Assembly: GCA_040901675.1 (NCBI GenBank)
Contig: JBBDYJ010000032.1
Coordinates: 32,656 to 96,655 of the forward strand
From: Pirellulales bacterium
GTDB taxonomy: Bacteria > Planctomycetota > Planctomycetia > Pirellulales > JAICIG01
Direction: 5' to 3'
Length of the DNA: 64,000 nucleotides
This document shows, piece after piece, positions 47,643 through 56,740 of the stretch. The translations under genes and the position numbers were made by a program. Within the stretch, counting starts at the first letter, position 1; every line of letters starts with the position of its first letter. Below the pieces are notes generated by a model, which searched no databases, was not told the DNA's origin, and worked only from the letters and a program-made list of their open reading frames with translations.

Positions 47643-48464
47643 CTATTCGTCCCCCTGTGCCGGGCGGGCGCCACGCTGGCCACCGCCGGGACCCCGGCCA
47701 CCGGGACCTCCCCGGCCGCCTCCGAATCCGCGCGGCCGCCGCAGCTCGTCGATGCCCTCGAACTTCTCGCCCTGCATCGAGTCGAACTGCTGGCGCTGCT
47801 CGTCGGTGAGGACGGCGAGGGTTTTCTCTTCGGCGGCCCTTCGCAATTCAGCCATCTTCTGGAACGCGGCCTGACGATCCGCGTCAGCCGGCTGGTCTTG
47901 ACCTGGCTGCGGGAAAAGGCCGCGCATCTGCTCAAAGCTCTCTTGGCGGATCGTGTCGAACTTCTGTTTCTGCTCGTCGGTAATGCTCAGCGCCTTGGCC
48001 ACCTCGTCGTCGGTCAGCGCGGCAGTGCCTCGGACCTGCAGGCTGATCTCCTTCAGCCGCTCGGCCTGGTGGGGCAACAGAATCGAGTTCACCTTCTCCG
48101 TGGCGGCCTTGGTTCTTTCCTCTCTCTCGGCCCGCAGCTTCTGGCGCTCCTCGTCTGACAACTGTTGGAACCCCCCCTGCCCCGGACCACCCTGCCCCGG
48201 TCCGCCTTGGCCACGGGGTGGGCGCAGTTCGTCCAGCGTCTTCTGCACCTCGGCCTTCTGGTCGTCCAAAAGTTCCAGCTCCTGCTGCACTTTCTCATTA
48301 GCGAGCAGGAAGATGGGGCTGCCCATCATTCCCCCAAATTGCCCGCCAAATCCGCCACCACGGCCACGGCCGCCGCGGCGCTCTTGGGCGTCGGCGAGGT
48401 TGACAACGGTCAAAGTTACCAGCAGTGCCGCCACGGCAAGAGCGGCGGATCGACTACGCGACAT
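47643..48464 (-). CDS. Exported Spy/CpxP-like (LTxxQ) helical protein
   Basis: Signal peptide; VQQELEL..DQ, IL.PHQ.ERL, ITDEQK, VLTDEQ motifs. Confidence 0.75.
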   Translation of the reverse strand: MSRSRSAALAVAALLVTLTVVNLADAQERRGGRGRGGGFGGQFGGMMGSPIFLLANEKVQQELELLDDQKAEVQKTLDELRPPRGQGGPGQGGPGQGGFQQLSDEERQKLRAEREERTKAATEKVNSILLPHQAERLKEISLQVRGTAALTDDEVAKALSITDEQKQKFDTIRQESFEQMRGLFPQPGQDQPADADRQAAFQKMAELRRAAEEKTLAVLTDEQRQQFDSMQGEKFEGIDELRRPRGFGGGRGGPGGRGPGGGQRGARPAQGDE

Positions 48465-48805
48465 GATTCGACTCCTTGTTTGATTCGACTCGGCGATTGT
48501 TCGAGATAGCCCTGGTCCGCAGGGCACGGTCCTCGTTTCTCTTCCACCGTAATGAACCCTGCCGGTGGGCGGGGAGTTCCGCGCCGGCGGGCGGGAAACG
48601 CGATTTAGCGCGCCGCTGGGCCGTGGACAAAGCGCCGCGGATGCCGTTCTCGAGGGAGGCCGAAGCAGGCAAGCCCCCCAGTTGGCCGGGCCACCGCGGT
48701 ACCTTCCAGCAGCGGCGGGGTTTCATGCCTTAGCATATTGTCTGGCAACCAGTTAGACTAGCATTTGCGCTCGATTTTGTCGCGAGCGACCTGGGGAGGA
48801 GCGTC

Positions 48806-50035
48806 ATGCCCACGACAAGTGCCGCTATCGGCCGCCAGTACGGGGACCCCGGCCGGGGCTGTTTTGTGCTCGGCGTGGCGGCCAGCCTCTTGACGGCAGG
48901 TCTCTGGACCGGAAGCGCCCTGGCCCAGCCACCCGGCGGCGGAGGCGGTCAGCGCCGCGGCTTCGACCCGGCGCAGTTCCTCCAGCGGCTGGACGGCGAC
49001 GGCAACGGCGTGCTGGAAGGGGACGAACTGGAAGGGCGAGGCCGGTTCGCCGCGCGGATGGCCCAGGAAGCCGGCCTGGATACAGACGGGCCGATTGCGC
49101 TGGACCGCCTGCAAGAGGTGATGCGGGAGCGGTCTGCGCGGGGCGGCGGGCCATTTGGCGGGGGCGGCGGACGGTGGGGCGGCGGCGGGCGATGGGGCGG
49201 ACGAGGCGAGGGCGACGGCGAGAGGGACGGTGGCGAGCGGGACGGGGGCGATGGCCCACGACGCGGCAACAGGGATGGCGATTCGAACGACACCGGCCGC
49301 GATCGCCGAGGGTCCGGAAGCAGCCGTCAGCCGGAAGGCCAGGCAGAACAGCCCAAGAAGAAATCGCTGGTACCGGGATTTGGCATCCAAGCCGAGGGGC
49401 CGCAGGTGTCCGGTTTTGGGGCTCCCGGTCTTGGAGCGGCTCAGGCGTCCGCTTCCGGATTGCCGCAGCCTTCGCCCTCGGGCGCGGCGTTGCAGTCGAG
49501 CAACGGCGACGATTCCGCGGGGGCCCTGTCAGGATCCGCGCCGATTGCCAGCACCGCCAGCCGCGACAGAGTGGCCAGCTTTGCCGAATCGATGCTCAAA
49601 CAATACGACGAGAACGGCAACGGCATACTAGAGCGGGAAGAATGGGGCAAGATGCGCACACAGCATCATGCCGCCGACGCCAACCAGGATGGCACGATTA
49701 TCAAGGAAGAACTGACGGCCCATCTGTTGGCGTACGGCGAAAAAAGCGGCGGCAACAGCTCCTCGACCAACAGCTCCTCGATCAGCGCGAGGTACGGCAA
49801 TCCCTTCAATTCGGGCAGCCGCAAGTCGTATCGCTTTCGGACGCCCGCGGAACGCTTGCCCTCCGGGCTGCCCGAGTGGTTCAGAGACAGGGACCTCAAC
49901 GGCGACGGCCAGGTAGTCATGGCAGAGTACGCCAGTTCATGGAGCGATGCGAAGGCGGCGGAGTTCGCCAGGTACGACTTGAACGGCGACGGCATCGTCA
50001 CGCCGGCCGAGGCAAAAAAGGACAAGAGCCGGTAG
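48806..50035 (+). CDS. Exported EF-hand calcium-binding protein
   Basis: LDGDGNGVLEGDE, YDENGNGILEREE, ADANQDGTIIKEE, RDLNGDGQVVMAE, YDLNGDGIVTPAE. Confidence 0.88.
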   Translation: MPTTSAAIGRQYGDPGRGCFVLGVAASLLTAGLWTGSALAQPPGGGGGQRRGFDPAQFLQRLDGDGNGVLEGDELEGRGRFAARMAQEAGLDTDGPIALDRLQEVMRERSARGGGPFGGGGGRWGGGGRWGGRGEGDGERDGGERDGGDGPRRGNRDGDSNDTGRDRRGSGSSRQPEGQAEQPKKKSLVPGFGIQAEGPQVSGFGAPGLGAAQASASGLPQPSPSGAALQSSNGDDSAGALSGSAPIASTASRDRVASFAESMLKQYDENGNGILEREEWGKMRTQHHAADANQDGTIIKEELTAHLLAYGEKSGGNSSSTNSSSISARYGNPFNSGSRKSYRFRTPAERLPSGLPEWFRDRDLNGDGQVVMAEYASSWSDAKAAEFARYDLNGDGIVTPAEAKKDKSR

Positions 50036-50046
50036 CTGCGGCCGAC

Positions 50047-50340
50047 TCAAGCAGCGCGCTGGCGGGCGGCCCACGGCAGCAACAGGATTTCTTGTTCCTG
50101 GTCTTGGTGCGACTGGTCGAGTTGTATTTGCAGCCGGACCAACTCGCGGACCAGGCTCTCCGTCAACAGATTCATCTCGGCCAGCACCTGCGCGTTGGCG
50201 GCATGACCGGCGGCCAGCTCGGCGGAGAGGCGTTCGACTCCGACCGCCAGGTGCTCGTCGAGTTGGCGAAAAAGCGGCTGGCGGAGCGGCCCAGAGAGCC
50301 GCCATGCTTTCCGGAAAAGCAGCCGGATCAGCCCGCTCAT
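50047..50340 (-). CDS. Small coiled-coil hypothetical protein
   Basis: 97-aa ORF with upstream AAGGCGG; amphipathic helices (LVRELVRLQ.QLD). Confidence 0.55.
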   Translation of the reverse strand: MSGLIRLLFRKAWRLSGPLRQPLFRQLDEHLAVGVERLSAELAAGHAANAQVLAEMNLLTESLVRELVRLQIQLDQSHQDQEQEILLLPWAARQRAA

Positions 50341-50503
50341 GCGATTGTTCCGCCTTATGGTGCCTGCCGGGCTATGCCGATTCGAACGTCTGTTCTATCT
50401 TTCGTGGTATGATCGGTGGTGCGTTAAGAGATAATGGCCGGGCTGATATATCCGGTACATTCAGCATGGACGGACTGGCCAGACTGGCCAGAGGGCCGAA
50501 AGC

Positions 50504-50530
50504 GGACGGCACACGGAGTGTGCCTGCTAC
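50504..50530 (-). repeat. GTAG-type REP (GTAGCAGGCACACTCCGTGTGCCGTCC)
   Basis: GTAG followed by hairpin GGCACAC-tcc-GTGTGCC. Confidence 0.8.
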
Positions 50531-50689
50531 CTTTGGGGCTACTTTGGCGATATTGCCGTTCATGGCGTCGGACGCGGGATCGCTGGAAAAAAAGCTTGGC
50601 ATCGTGGATTCTAAATAGCTAGAATGGGTGCGCCGAGCGGAAGGGGGATTTGGCCAAGGCGAGGGTCCGCAGAGGAGAGGGCGAATTTG

Positions 50690-53600
50690 ATGGGGAACAA
50701 AAGTGCCGCCCGGCTGCGCCGGGTCATCGCAAGCACGGTCGCGGTGTTTTTGTGTTCGCCTGCGGCGCACGCTCAGGAAGCCGCCGCGCCGGCAACCGCC
50801 CAGGCAGTGGAGATGAAAGCCAAGCAGGCCGTGCCCGCCGGCCAGCCGCAACCGGGCCAACCACAGCCCGGGCAGCCGCAGCCAGGGCAACCGGGTCAGC
50901 CGCAGCCGGGTCAGCCCGGTCAAACGCCTGATGGGCAAAAACCTGCCGAAGGCGCCAAGCCGCCCGAAGGCGTCAAGCGCCCGGACGAACCGCCTCAGCC
51001 TCCCGACCCCAAAGAGCTCGACATCAAGCCCGACGCCGACGGGATGCTCTCGTTCAGCTTCAAAGGGCAGCCGTGGCCCGCCGTGCTGGAATGGCTGGCC
51101 GACGTGTCGGACATGAGCTTGCATTGGCAGGAAGCGCCGGCCGGTTATCTGGACCTGACTACTCGCGGCCGCTACTCAGTCGAGGACGTGCGCGACCTGA
51201 TCAATTCGGTGCTGCTTGCGAAAGGCTACACGCTGCTGCGCAACGGCGAGATCCTGATGGTGGCCAACACCAAGACGCTCGACGCGAGCCTGGTGCCCCG
51301 CGTCGGTCTCGACGAGCTGGACGATCGCGGGCACTACGAGTTGGTCAAGGTCTTGTTCGATCTCGACTGGCTGGTGGCCGAAGCGGCAGCCGAGGAGATC
51401 AAACCCCTCTTGAGCCCGCACGGCAAGGTGACGGCGCTCAAGAACACGAACCGGCTCGACATGCTGGACACGGCCGGCAACCTGCTGAAGATCCGCGAGC
51501 TGTTGTCGGAGGAGCAGTCGGATCGCGGCCAGGAGCGGCTGATTCGAACGTTTAAGCTGAAACATACCCGGGCCTCCGACGTGGAGGAGACGCTCAATAC
51601 GCTGCTGGGTCTGGAAAAGAAGGAATCATCGGGGCCGATGACGCCGGAACAGCAGATGCAGGCCCAACAGCGGGCGATGATGATGGCGCAGCAGCAACAA
51701 CAGCAACAACAGCAGCAAGGAGGCGCGCCGGCCGGACCCAAGAAAGAGGCGCCGGTCTACCTGGCGGTGAACCAGCGTGAGAACGCCATCCTGGTCAACG
51801 CGCCGCCGGACAAGATGGCGATCATCGAGCAGGCTATTCTGGCCGTCGACGTGCCGCAGGAGCGGTCGCAAACGCTGTTGGCCAACTTGCAGCGAATGTC
51901 AGTGTACCGCTTGTCCGGAGTCACTCCTGATAGCCTCGTCCGCGTGCTGGAAGAGCTGGGCGGCCTCGATCCGGCGACTCGGCTGGAAGTGGATGCCAAT
52001 AACAAGGCCATCATCGCCTACGCTCCGCTGGCCGACCACCTGTTGATCCGCTCGCTGGTCGACAAGCTCGACGGCACCGGGCGCACGTTCGAAGTGATCC
52101 AGTTGCGCCGGCTCAGCGCCGAATACGTGGCCGGCTCCATTATGATGCTGATGGCCGGTCCGGAAGAGGACAGCAATAGCCGCCGCAACCGCTATCCGTA
52201 TTACATCTTCGGCGGGTACGGTTCGCAGCAAGACGACAAGGCTACCGACAAGTTCCACGTTGAGGCCGATATCGAGCACAATCGGCTGCTGCTGAGGGCC
52301 AACGAGGTCGAGCTGGCCGAGATCAACGACCTGTTGCTGAAGCTGGGCGAGATTCCGCCCGGCACCCGCAACATGAACACGATGCGGATCATTCCCGCCA
52401 CACCCGGGGATGAAACCCAGGACGTGCTGGAGCAGCTCAAGCGGCTCTGGCCATCGATCAGCGAGAATCCGCTCGAAGTGGAAACAGGCGGATCGAAGAC
52501 ACGCGAGCCCCCCCGCCAGCAGCCCCCGGCCGAAGAAGAGGACGAAGATGCAGAGGCGATTCAGCCGCTGCGCGACGCACGCTCGGGCGCGGGCCGCGAT
52601 CCCGTGGCCCGCAGCGGCGCGCCAGGGGTTCAGCCGGCTGCCGGGGTATTCAAGCTCGCGCAGACAGTCCAGCCCGCCACACCGCCCCGATCGGGAGAAC
52701 TATTGGCTGACGCCGGCGGCGCGACAGGCAATAACGACTCCGCTGACCGGAGCGAGCCGGCCGACGACGCAGCGGAGGGAGCCCAGGAGCCGCCCACGCC
52801 AGATGGGGCCGGCCCGCTGGAAGAGGCGGGCCCGGATGAGTTGGATCCGTCGGATGAGCAGGCGCTGCCGGGCGGGCGCGAGGAGGCCGGCGAGAACGCC
52901 GCGGACGCCGTTGAGCTGCCAGGGGCGCGCAACTCGCCTGCTCCGGTCAAGATTACGATTGGCCCCCATGGGCTGGTCGTTTCGTCGACCGATACCGAGG
53001 CCCTGGACCAGATGGAGGAACTGATTGCCAACATCATGCCTTCACGGCAGAGCTTCAAGATATTCACGCTCAAGCACACGTATGCCAAGGACGTCGTCTA
53101 CCTGCTCAAGGACATTTTCAAAGAGGACGACAAGGATTCGTCGCGCTCGGACATGTTCAGTTCATGGTACTACGGTTACCCTTCCAGCGACGGCAGCGAC
53201 AAAAAGACCAGCAGCCTGTCGAAGCGCCGCCCGCTCAAGTTCGTAGCCGACTCGCTGACCAATACCATCCTGGTGCAGGGGGCCGACGCCGACCAGCTTG
53301 CTGAAATCGAGTACCTGATCGAGCTATACGACCGGGTGGAACCGCCGGATTCGAACTCGGTCCGCCGCACGCAGAGAATCATCCTCCAATACGCCGAAGC
53401 CAAGCAGGCGGCCGACGTGATCAAGGACGTGTTCCGCGACCTGTTGAGCCCCAACGACAAGGCGCTGGTCGGCAGCCAGCCGCAGCAGCCCCAGAAGGAC
53501 GATCGGGAGGGGGGATATTATCGGTCGATCTTCAGCTATTTGACTGAAGACACCGACGAGTCGGGCAATATCCCGCGGTTCAAGGGGATGCTTTCGATAG

Positions 53601-53911
53601 GCATCGACGAGCGCGGCAATGCCCTGGTTGTCTCCGCGCCGCAGATCTTGCTGGCCGACGTCATCAGCATGGCCAAGCAACTCGACGAGGGGGCCAGGCC
53701 GACGCGCCCGGTGGTCCAGATCAAGCGCCTGCGGCAGCCGGGCACCGCCTCGCAGATTCAGCAGGCTTTCGGCACCCCCAAGGCCGGGCCGGCAACTCCA
53801 GCTTCGCCGCCGCCGGGCGGTCCCAACGGGCGCAACGGACCCAATGGCAGAGACGGCCAGCAGCCGGTGCAAACCAACGGCGGAGCGACCGCCGCCGTAC
53901 CCAGCGGCTAA
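50690..53911 (+). CDS. Secretin N-domain-only protein (N0 + about 7 Secretin_N repeats, no secretin barrel)
   Basis: Signal peptide, PGQ repeats; N0-like LSFSFKGQPW..VLEWLAD....Y.VE...DLINSVLLAKGYTLLR; repeated FKLKH..A and AD..TN.ILV units. Ends without the secretin C-domain motifs. Confidence 0.85.
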   Translation: MGNKSAARLRRVIASTVAVFLCSPAAHAQEAAAPATAQAVEMKAKQAVPAGQPQPGQPQPGQPQPGQPGQPQPGQPGQTPDGQKPAEGAKPPEGVKRPDEPPQPPDPKELDIKPDADGMLSFSFKGQPWPAVLEWLADVSDMSLHWQEAPAGYLDLTTRGRYSVEDVRDLINSVLLAKGYTLLRNGEILMVANTKTLDASLVPRVGLDELDDRGHYELVKVLFDLDWLVAEAAAEEIKPLLSPHGKVTALKNTNRLDMLDTAGNLLKIRELLSEEQSDRGQERLIRTFKLKHTRASDVEETLNTLLGLEKKESSGPMTPEQQMQAQQRAMMMAQQQQQQQQQQGGAPAGPKKEAPVYLAVNQRENAILVNAPPDKMAIIEQAILAVDVPQERSQTLLANLQRMSVYRLSGVTPDSLVRVLEELGGLDPATRLEVDANNKAIIAYAPLADHLLIRSLVDKLDGTGRTFEVIQLRRLSAEYVAGSIMMLMAGPEEDSNSRRNRYPYYIFGGYGSQQDDKATDKFHVEADIEHNRLLLRANEVELAEINDLLLKLGEIPPGTRNMNTMRIIPATPGDETQDVLEQLKRLWPSISENPLEVETGGSKTREPPRQQPPAEEEDEDAEAIQPLRDARSGAGRDPVARSGAPGVQPAAGVFKLAQTVQPATPPRSGELLADAGGATGNNDSADRSEPADDAAEGAQEPPTPDGAGPLEEAGPDELDPSDEQALPGGREEAGENAADAVELPGARNSPAPVKITIGPHGLVVSSTDTEALDQMEELIANIMPSRQSFKIFTLKHTYAKDVVYLLKDIFKEDDKDSSRSDMFSSWYYGYPSSDGSDKKTSSLSKRRPLKFVADSLTNTILVQGADADQLAEIEYLIELYDRVEPPDSNSVRRTQRIILQYAEAKQAADVIKDVFRDLLSPNDKALVGSQPQQPQKDDREGGYYRSIFSYLTEDTDESGNIPRFKGMLSIGIDERGNALVVSAPQILLADVISMAKQLDEGARPTRPVVQIKRLRQPGTASQIQQAFGTPKAGPATPASPPPGGPNGRNGPNGRDGQQPVQTNGGATAAVPSG

Positions 53912-53999
53912 GGATCTTATCAAGCGACAGTGCCATTCGGTGCCTGGTAGCAGAAAAGCGCCAGAGCAACAACGGCGAAATAGCGGATTGCCGCAGGAG

Positions 54000-54701
54000 T
54001 TATCTCCTTTCATGGTTCGGAACTGCCGTGCCGTTTCCACCCGGCCGCTGCGAATCGCCGCCCCGAATCGCCAGAACGACCAGGGCCAAGAACACGAACA
54101 CGCCGCCGACAGCCGCGGCAATCTGCCACGCGTGCGGCCCCTGGCGCCGCGGAGGCCGCAAAGTCCGCGGCCGCCGTCGTCGCAAACGGCTAATGCGGCG
54201 CGATGGCGGGAGCGGCACATTGGCCGGGGCGGGCGCGAGGCGAGCCAGGTCGACCAGGGGCGGGGCCTGGACTGGTGGAGCCGTGGATCGAGCCGGGCGC
54301 GCGCCTGGCAATGCGGTCTGCATTGCGGGAGAAGTTGCGTCGAGCCTTCGCTTCAGTTCCGCGTCGTACCGGGCCCGCTTGGCCGGATCCTGCAGGCAGG
54401 CCTTGGCCGCGGCGATCTCGTTCAAGATGCGGGCCGCTTGTTCGGCATACTTGCCTGCCTGGAAGTTCCGCACGTAGGCGCTTTGCCGAATCACGGCCCC
54501 GTCGATGACGTCGCGGTCCTGCTCATCGGGCGAGATGCCCAGCAACTGGTAATGCGTGGGTGGCCGGCTCCCCTGTGGGATACCGAGCCACCTGCGGTAC
54601 GGGTCGAACTGTTCCAACTTGATTGCCGTCCTCGATGCCTGCTCCGCCGCAATGGGCGCTTGAACACGAAACGGAATGGTATTGGGTTCTACGCGACTCA
54701 A
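54000..54701 (-). CDS. J-domain-like membrane-anchored protein (no HPD)
   Basis: FDPYRRWLGIP..RPP.HYQLLGI....ARILNEI.AAK.CL.DP.KRA.YD; Pro-rich linker; C-terminal TM. Confidence 0.7.
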   Translation of the reverse strand: MSRVEPNTIPFRVQAPIAAEQASRTAIKLEQFDPYRRWLGIPQGSRPPTHYQLLGISPDEQDRDVIDGAVIRQSAYVRNFQAGKYAEQAARILNEIAAAKACLQDPAKRARYDAELKRRLDATSPAMQTALPGARPARSTAPPVQAPPLVDLARLAPAPANVPLPPSRRISRLRRRRPRTLRPPRRQGPHAWQIAAAVGGVFVFLALVVLAIRGGDSQRPGGNGTAVPNHERR

Positions 54702-54937
54702 GCCAGGCGGGGCTGGTTGACCTGGGCCTCAAAGGCTTCCAGCATTCGGCGCAGCTCGCGGACGATCTGCCGGCCCATATCGCTGGCGCCTACTTCGAAT
54801 TGGGCCCGCGTGAACACGCGGACCCTCACGCGGCCATCGTTGTCCTGCACGGGTACAATCTCAATCCATTCACCGGCCAGTTCCTCGAGCCGTTCGGCTT
54901 CAGCCTCGGCCGTTTCGAAAGCGTTCTGGTCCAACAT
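54698..54937 (-). CDS. Small hypothetical protein
   Basis: 79 aa, RBS AAGGA, stop overlaps the next start. Confidence 0.6.
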   Translation of the reverse strand: MLDQNAFETAEAEAERLEELAGEWIEIVPVQDNDGRVRVRVFTRAQFEVGASDMGRQIVRELRRMLEAFEAQVNQPRLA

Positions 54938-54961
54938 GGCTGGTGTCCTTTCGTTTCGTGG

Positions 54962-56725
54962 CTAGGGACCACCGACGACGGTGTACTCGACGGTAGAGGC
55001 GGGAGCCTTGTCGACGATAACGCGCAGCTCGGCTGATTCGGCCCGCCGGGTGTCCACCCGCAGGAGCACCTCGTGCATGCCGCGGGACAGGTCGCTGCTG
55101 GTCGAATCGGATTTCAACGGCTGCCCGTCGATCCAGGCTCGGATGCCCGCCGTCGACGACAGATTGAGCTGAAGTGCGCCGGGCGCCGTCACGTCGACGT
55201 CGGCCCGGAGCCAAAGGATGTCGCGGTCCGAGGTCACGAGCTCGTCCAGCGGCAGCATGCCGGCAACTTTGGCGCAGACCGGCTGCCATGCCGATGGATG
55301 CCGCGGCAACTCACTCGGCGAAGTTGCGTCGTCCCCGGACGACCGGTCGAGCGCTGAGGGGACCTCGGACAAGAGCCGCCAGCGCTGGATTGTCGGGACC
55401 GAACGAATGCCGTACGGGCCTGGTTTGCCGAGCTCGGAAACAAACCGCGCCAAATCCAAAAACTCCTGCTGAGTAAGAAAGTTGGTGATTCCCTTGGGCA
55501 TCAGCGACGAGCCTTCCTGCTCCTCGTCGATGTCGGCGACGGGGACGGTCACCGACTGCCCCGTGGCGTCCTTGAGTACCAGGCGGGTCTCGTCGCGGTC
55601 CAGCACGATCCCCTGGAAAATGTTTCCCTCCACGGTCGTCACGATGCGGGTGACAAAGGCCTCTTTGATCGCCAGGTCGGGAAACAATAACGAGTTGATC
55701 ACGTAATCGACCGGCGACGTTGCGCCGACGGCACTCAGATCGGGCCCCACGTCGCCGCCGGCGCCGCTGACGGCGTGGCACTTGAAGCAATTCAGCTCAC
55801 TGCGACGGAAGATGTCCTCGCCTCGGGCCGGATCGCCGGACGCGGTCACTTCAGCCGCCAGTTTCTGGACCTCATCGGGCGTCAAGGCTCGCGGTTCGGC
55901 GGTAATGCCGGCCGCTTCGGTCAGGACGTCGACCAGGACCTGGTCGCCGCGTCCCAGGGCATACATGGCCCGCAACGAGAGCTTGGCCACGTCGGCCGGC
56001 GGTCGTCGAGCCGCCAGCGCCGCAGCCAGCCGTTCGGACCCGCCCTGCTGGCCCAGAAAGGCGGCGATCAGCGGGGCTGGGTCGGCCGTGCCGGAATGTT
56101 CGAGGACCTCGGCGGCCCGCGAGGCGGCTTCGTCCGGGTTCAGTTTTGCCAAGGCAGCGACCGCCTGAAACCGCCGCGCCGCCGGGCGATCCGCCAGCAG
56201 CCGCTCGATGACCGGCCGGGCGGCAGGCTCGCCGATCTGAACCAGGGCGTCCAGGGCCGCCTTGGCCAGCACTTCGTCCGAGTCGTCTGAAATGGCGAGC
56301 TCCCGCAGCCGCTCGGCCAGCGATTCGAGCCTCCAGGCGCCTGCCAGGCGGACGGCCGCCAGCCGGGTGGCCGGATCGTCGTCGAGCAAGCCGGCCAGCC
56401 CTTCCAGGAGGCCCGTGGGGCGGACCTTGCGAGTCTCGGCCGCCGCGGCCAGGCCCTCCAGTGCCTTTAAGCGCAGCTCGCCGGAGAAGCCTTGGGGATC
56501 GACTACCTGTTCGTAGATGTATTGCAGGTCGTCGGCCTCGCCTCGCTTGCAGACCATTTCGACGACGTTGGGCAACCGCTCGGCCGGCAAACTGCCGCTT
56601 TTCAGCAGGCGCATCAGCGGGGCGACGGCCCCCTGCCCCCAGCACGGCGAGGTCCAGATGGCCAGAACGGCCAACGGAACCACTGTAAGCGCCGCCAGGC
56701 GGCGTGTCTGACCTGCCTCAATCAT
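54962..56725 (-). CDS. HEAT-repeat protein with PVC-type cytochrome c domain
   Basis: Helical repeats, then GDPARG..IF...CFKCH..G.GG.VGPDLS.VG and SLMP.G (Met ligand). Confidence 0.88.
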   Translation of the reverse strand: MIEAGQTRRLAALTVVPLAVLAIWTSPCWGQGAVAPLMRLLKSGSLPAERLPNVVEMVCKRGEADDLQYIYEQVVDPQGFSGELRLKALEGLAAAAETRKVRPTGLLEGLAGLLDDDPATRLAAVRLAGAWRLESLAERLRELAISDDSDEVLAKAALDALVQIGEPAARPVIERLLADRPAARRFQAVAALAKLNPDEAASRAAEVLEHSGTADPAPLIAAFLGQQGGSERLAAALAARRPPADVAKLSLRAMYALGRGDQVLVDVLTEAAGITAEPRALTPDEVQKLAAEVTASGDPARGEDIFRRSELNCFKCHAVSGAGGDVGPDLSAVGATSPVDYVINSLLFPDLAIKEAFVTRIVTTVEGNIFQGIVLDRDETRLVLKDATGQSVTVPVADIDEEQEGSSLMPKGITNFLTQQEFLDLARFVSELGKPGPYGIRSVPTIQRWRLLSEVPSALDRSSGDDATSPSELPRHPSAWQPVCAKVAGMLPLDELVTSDRDILWLRADVDVTAPGALQLNLSSTAGIRAWIDGQPLKSDSTSSDLSRGMHEVLLRVDTRRAESAELRVIVDKAPASTVEYTVVGGP

Positions 56726-56740
56726 CGTTTACCCGCTAGC

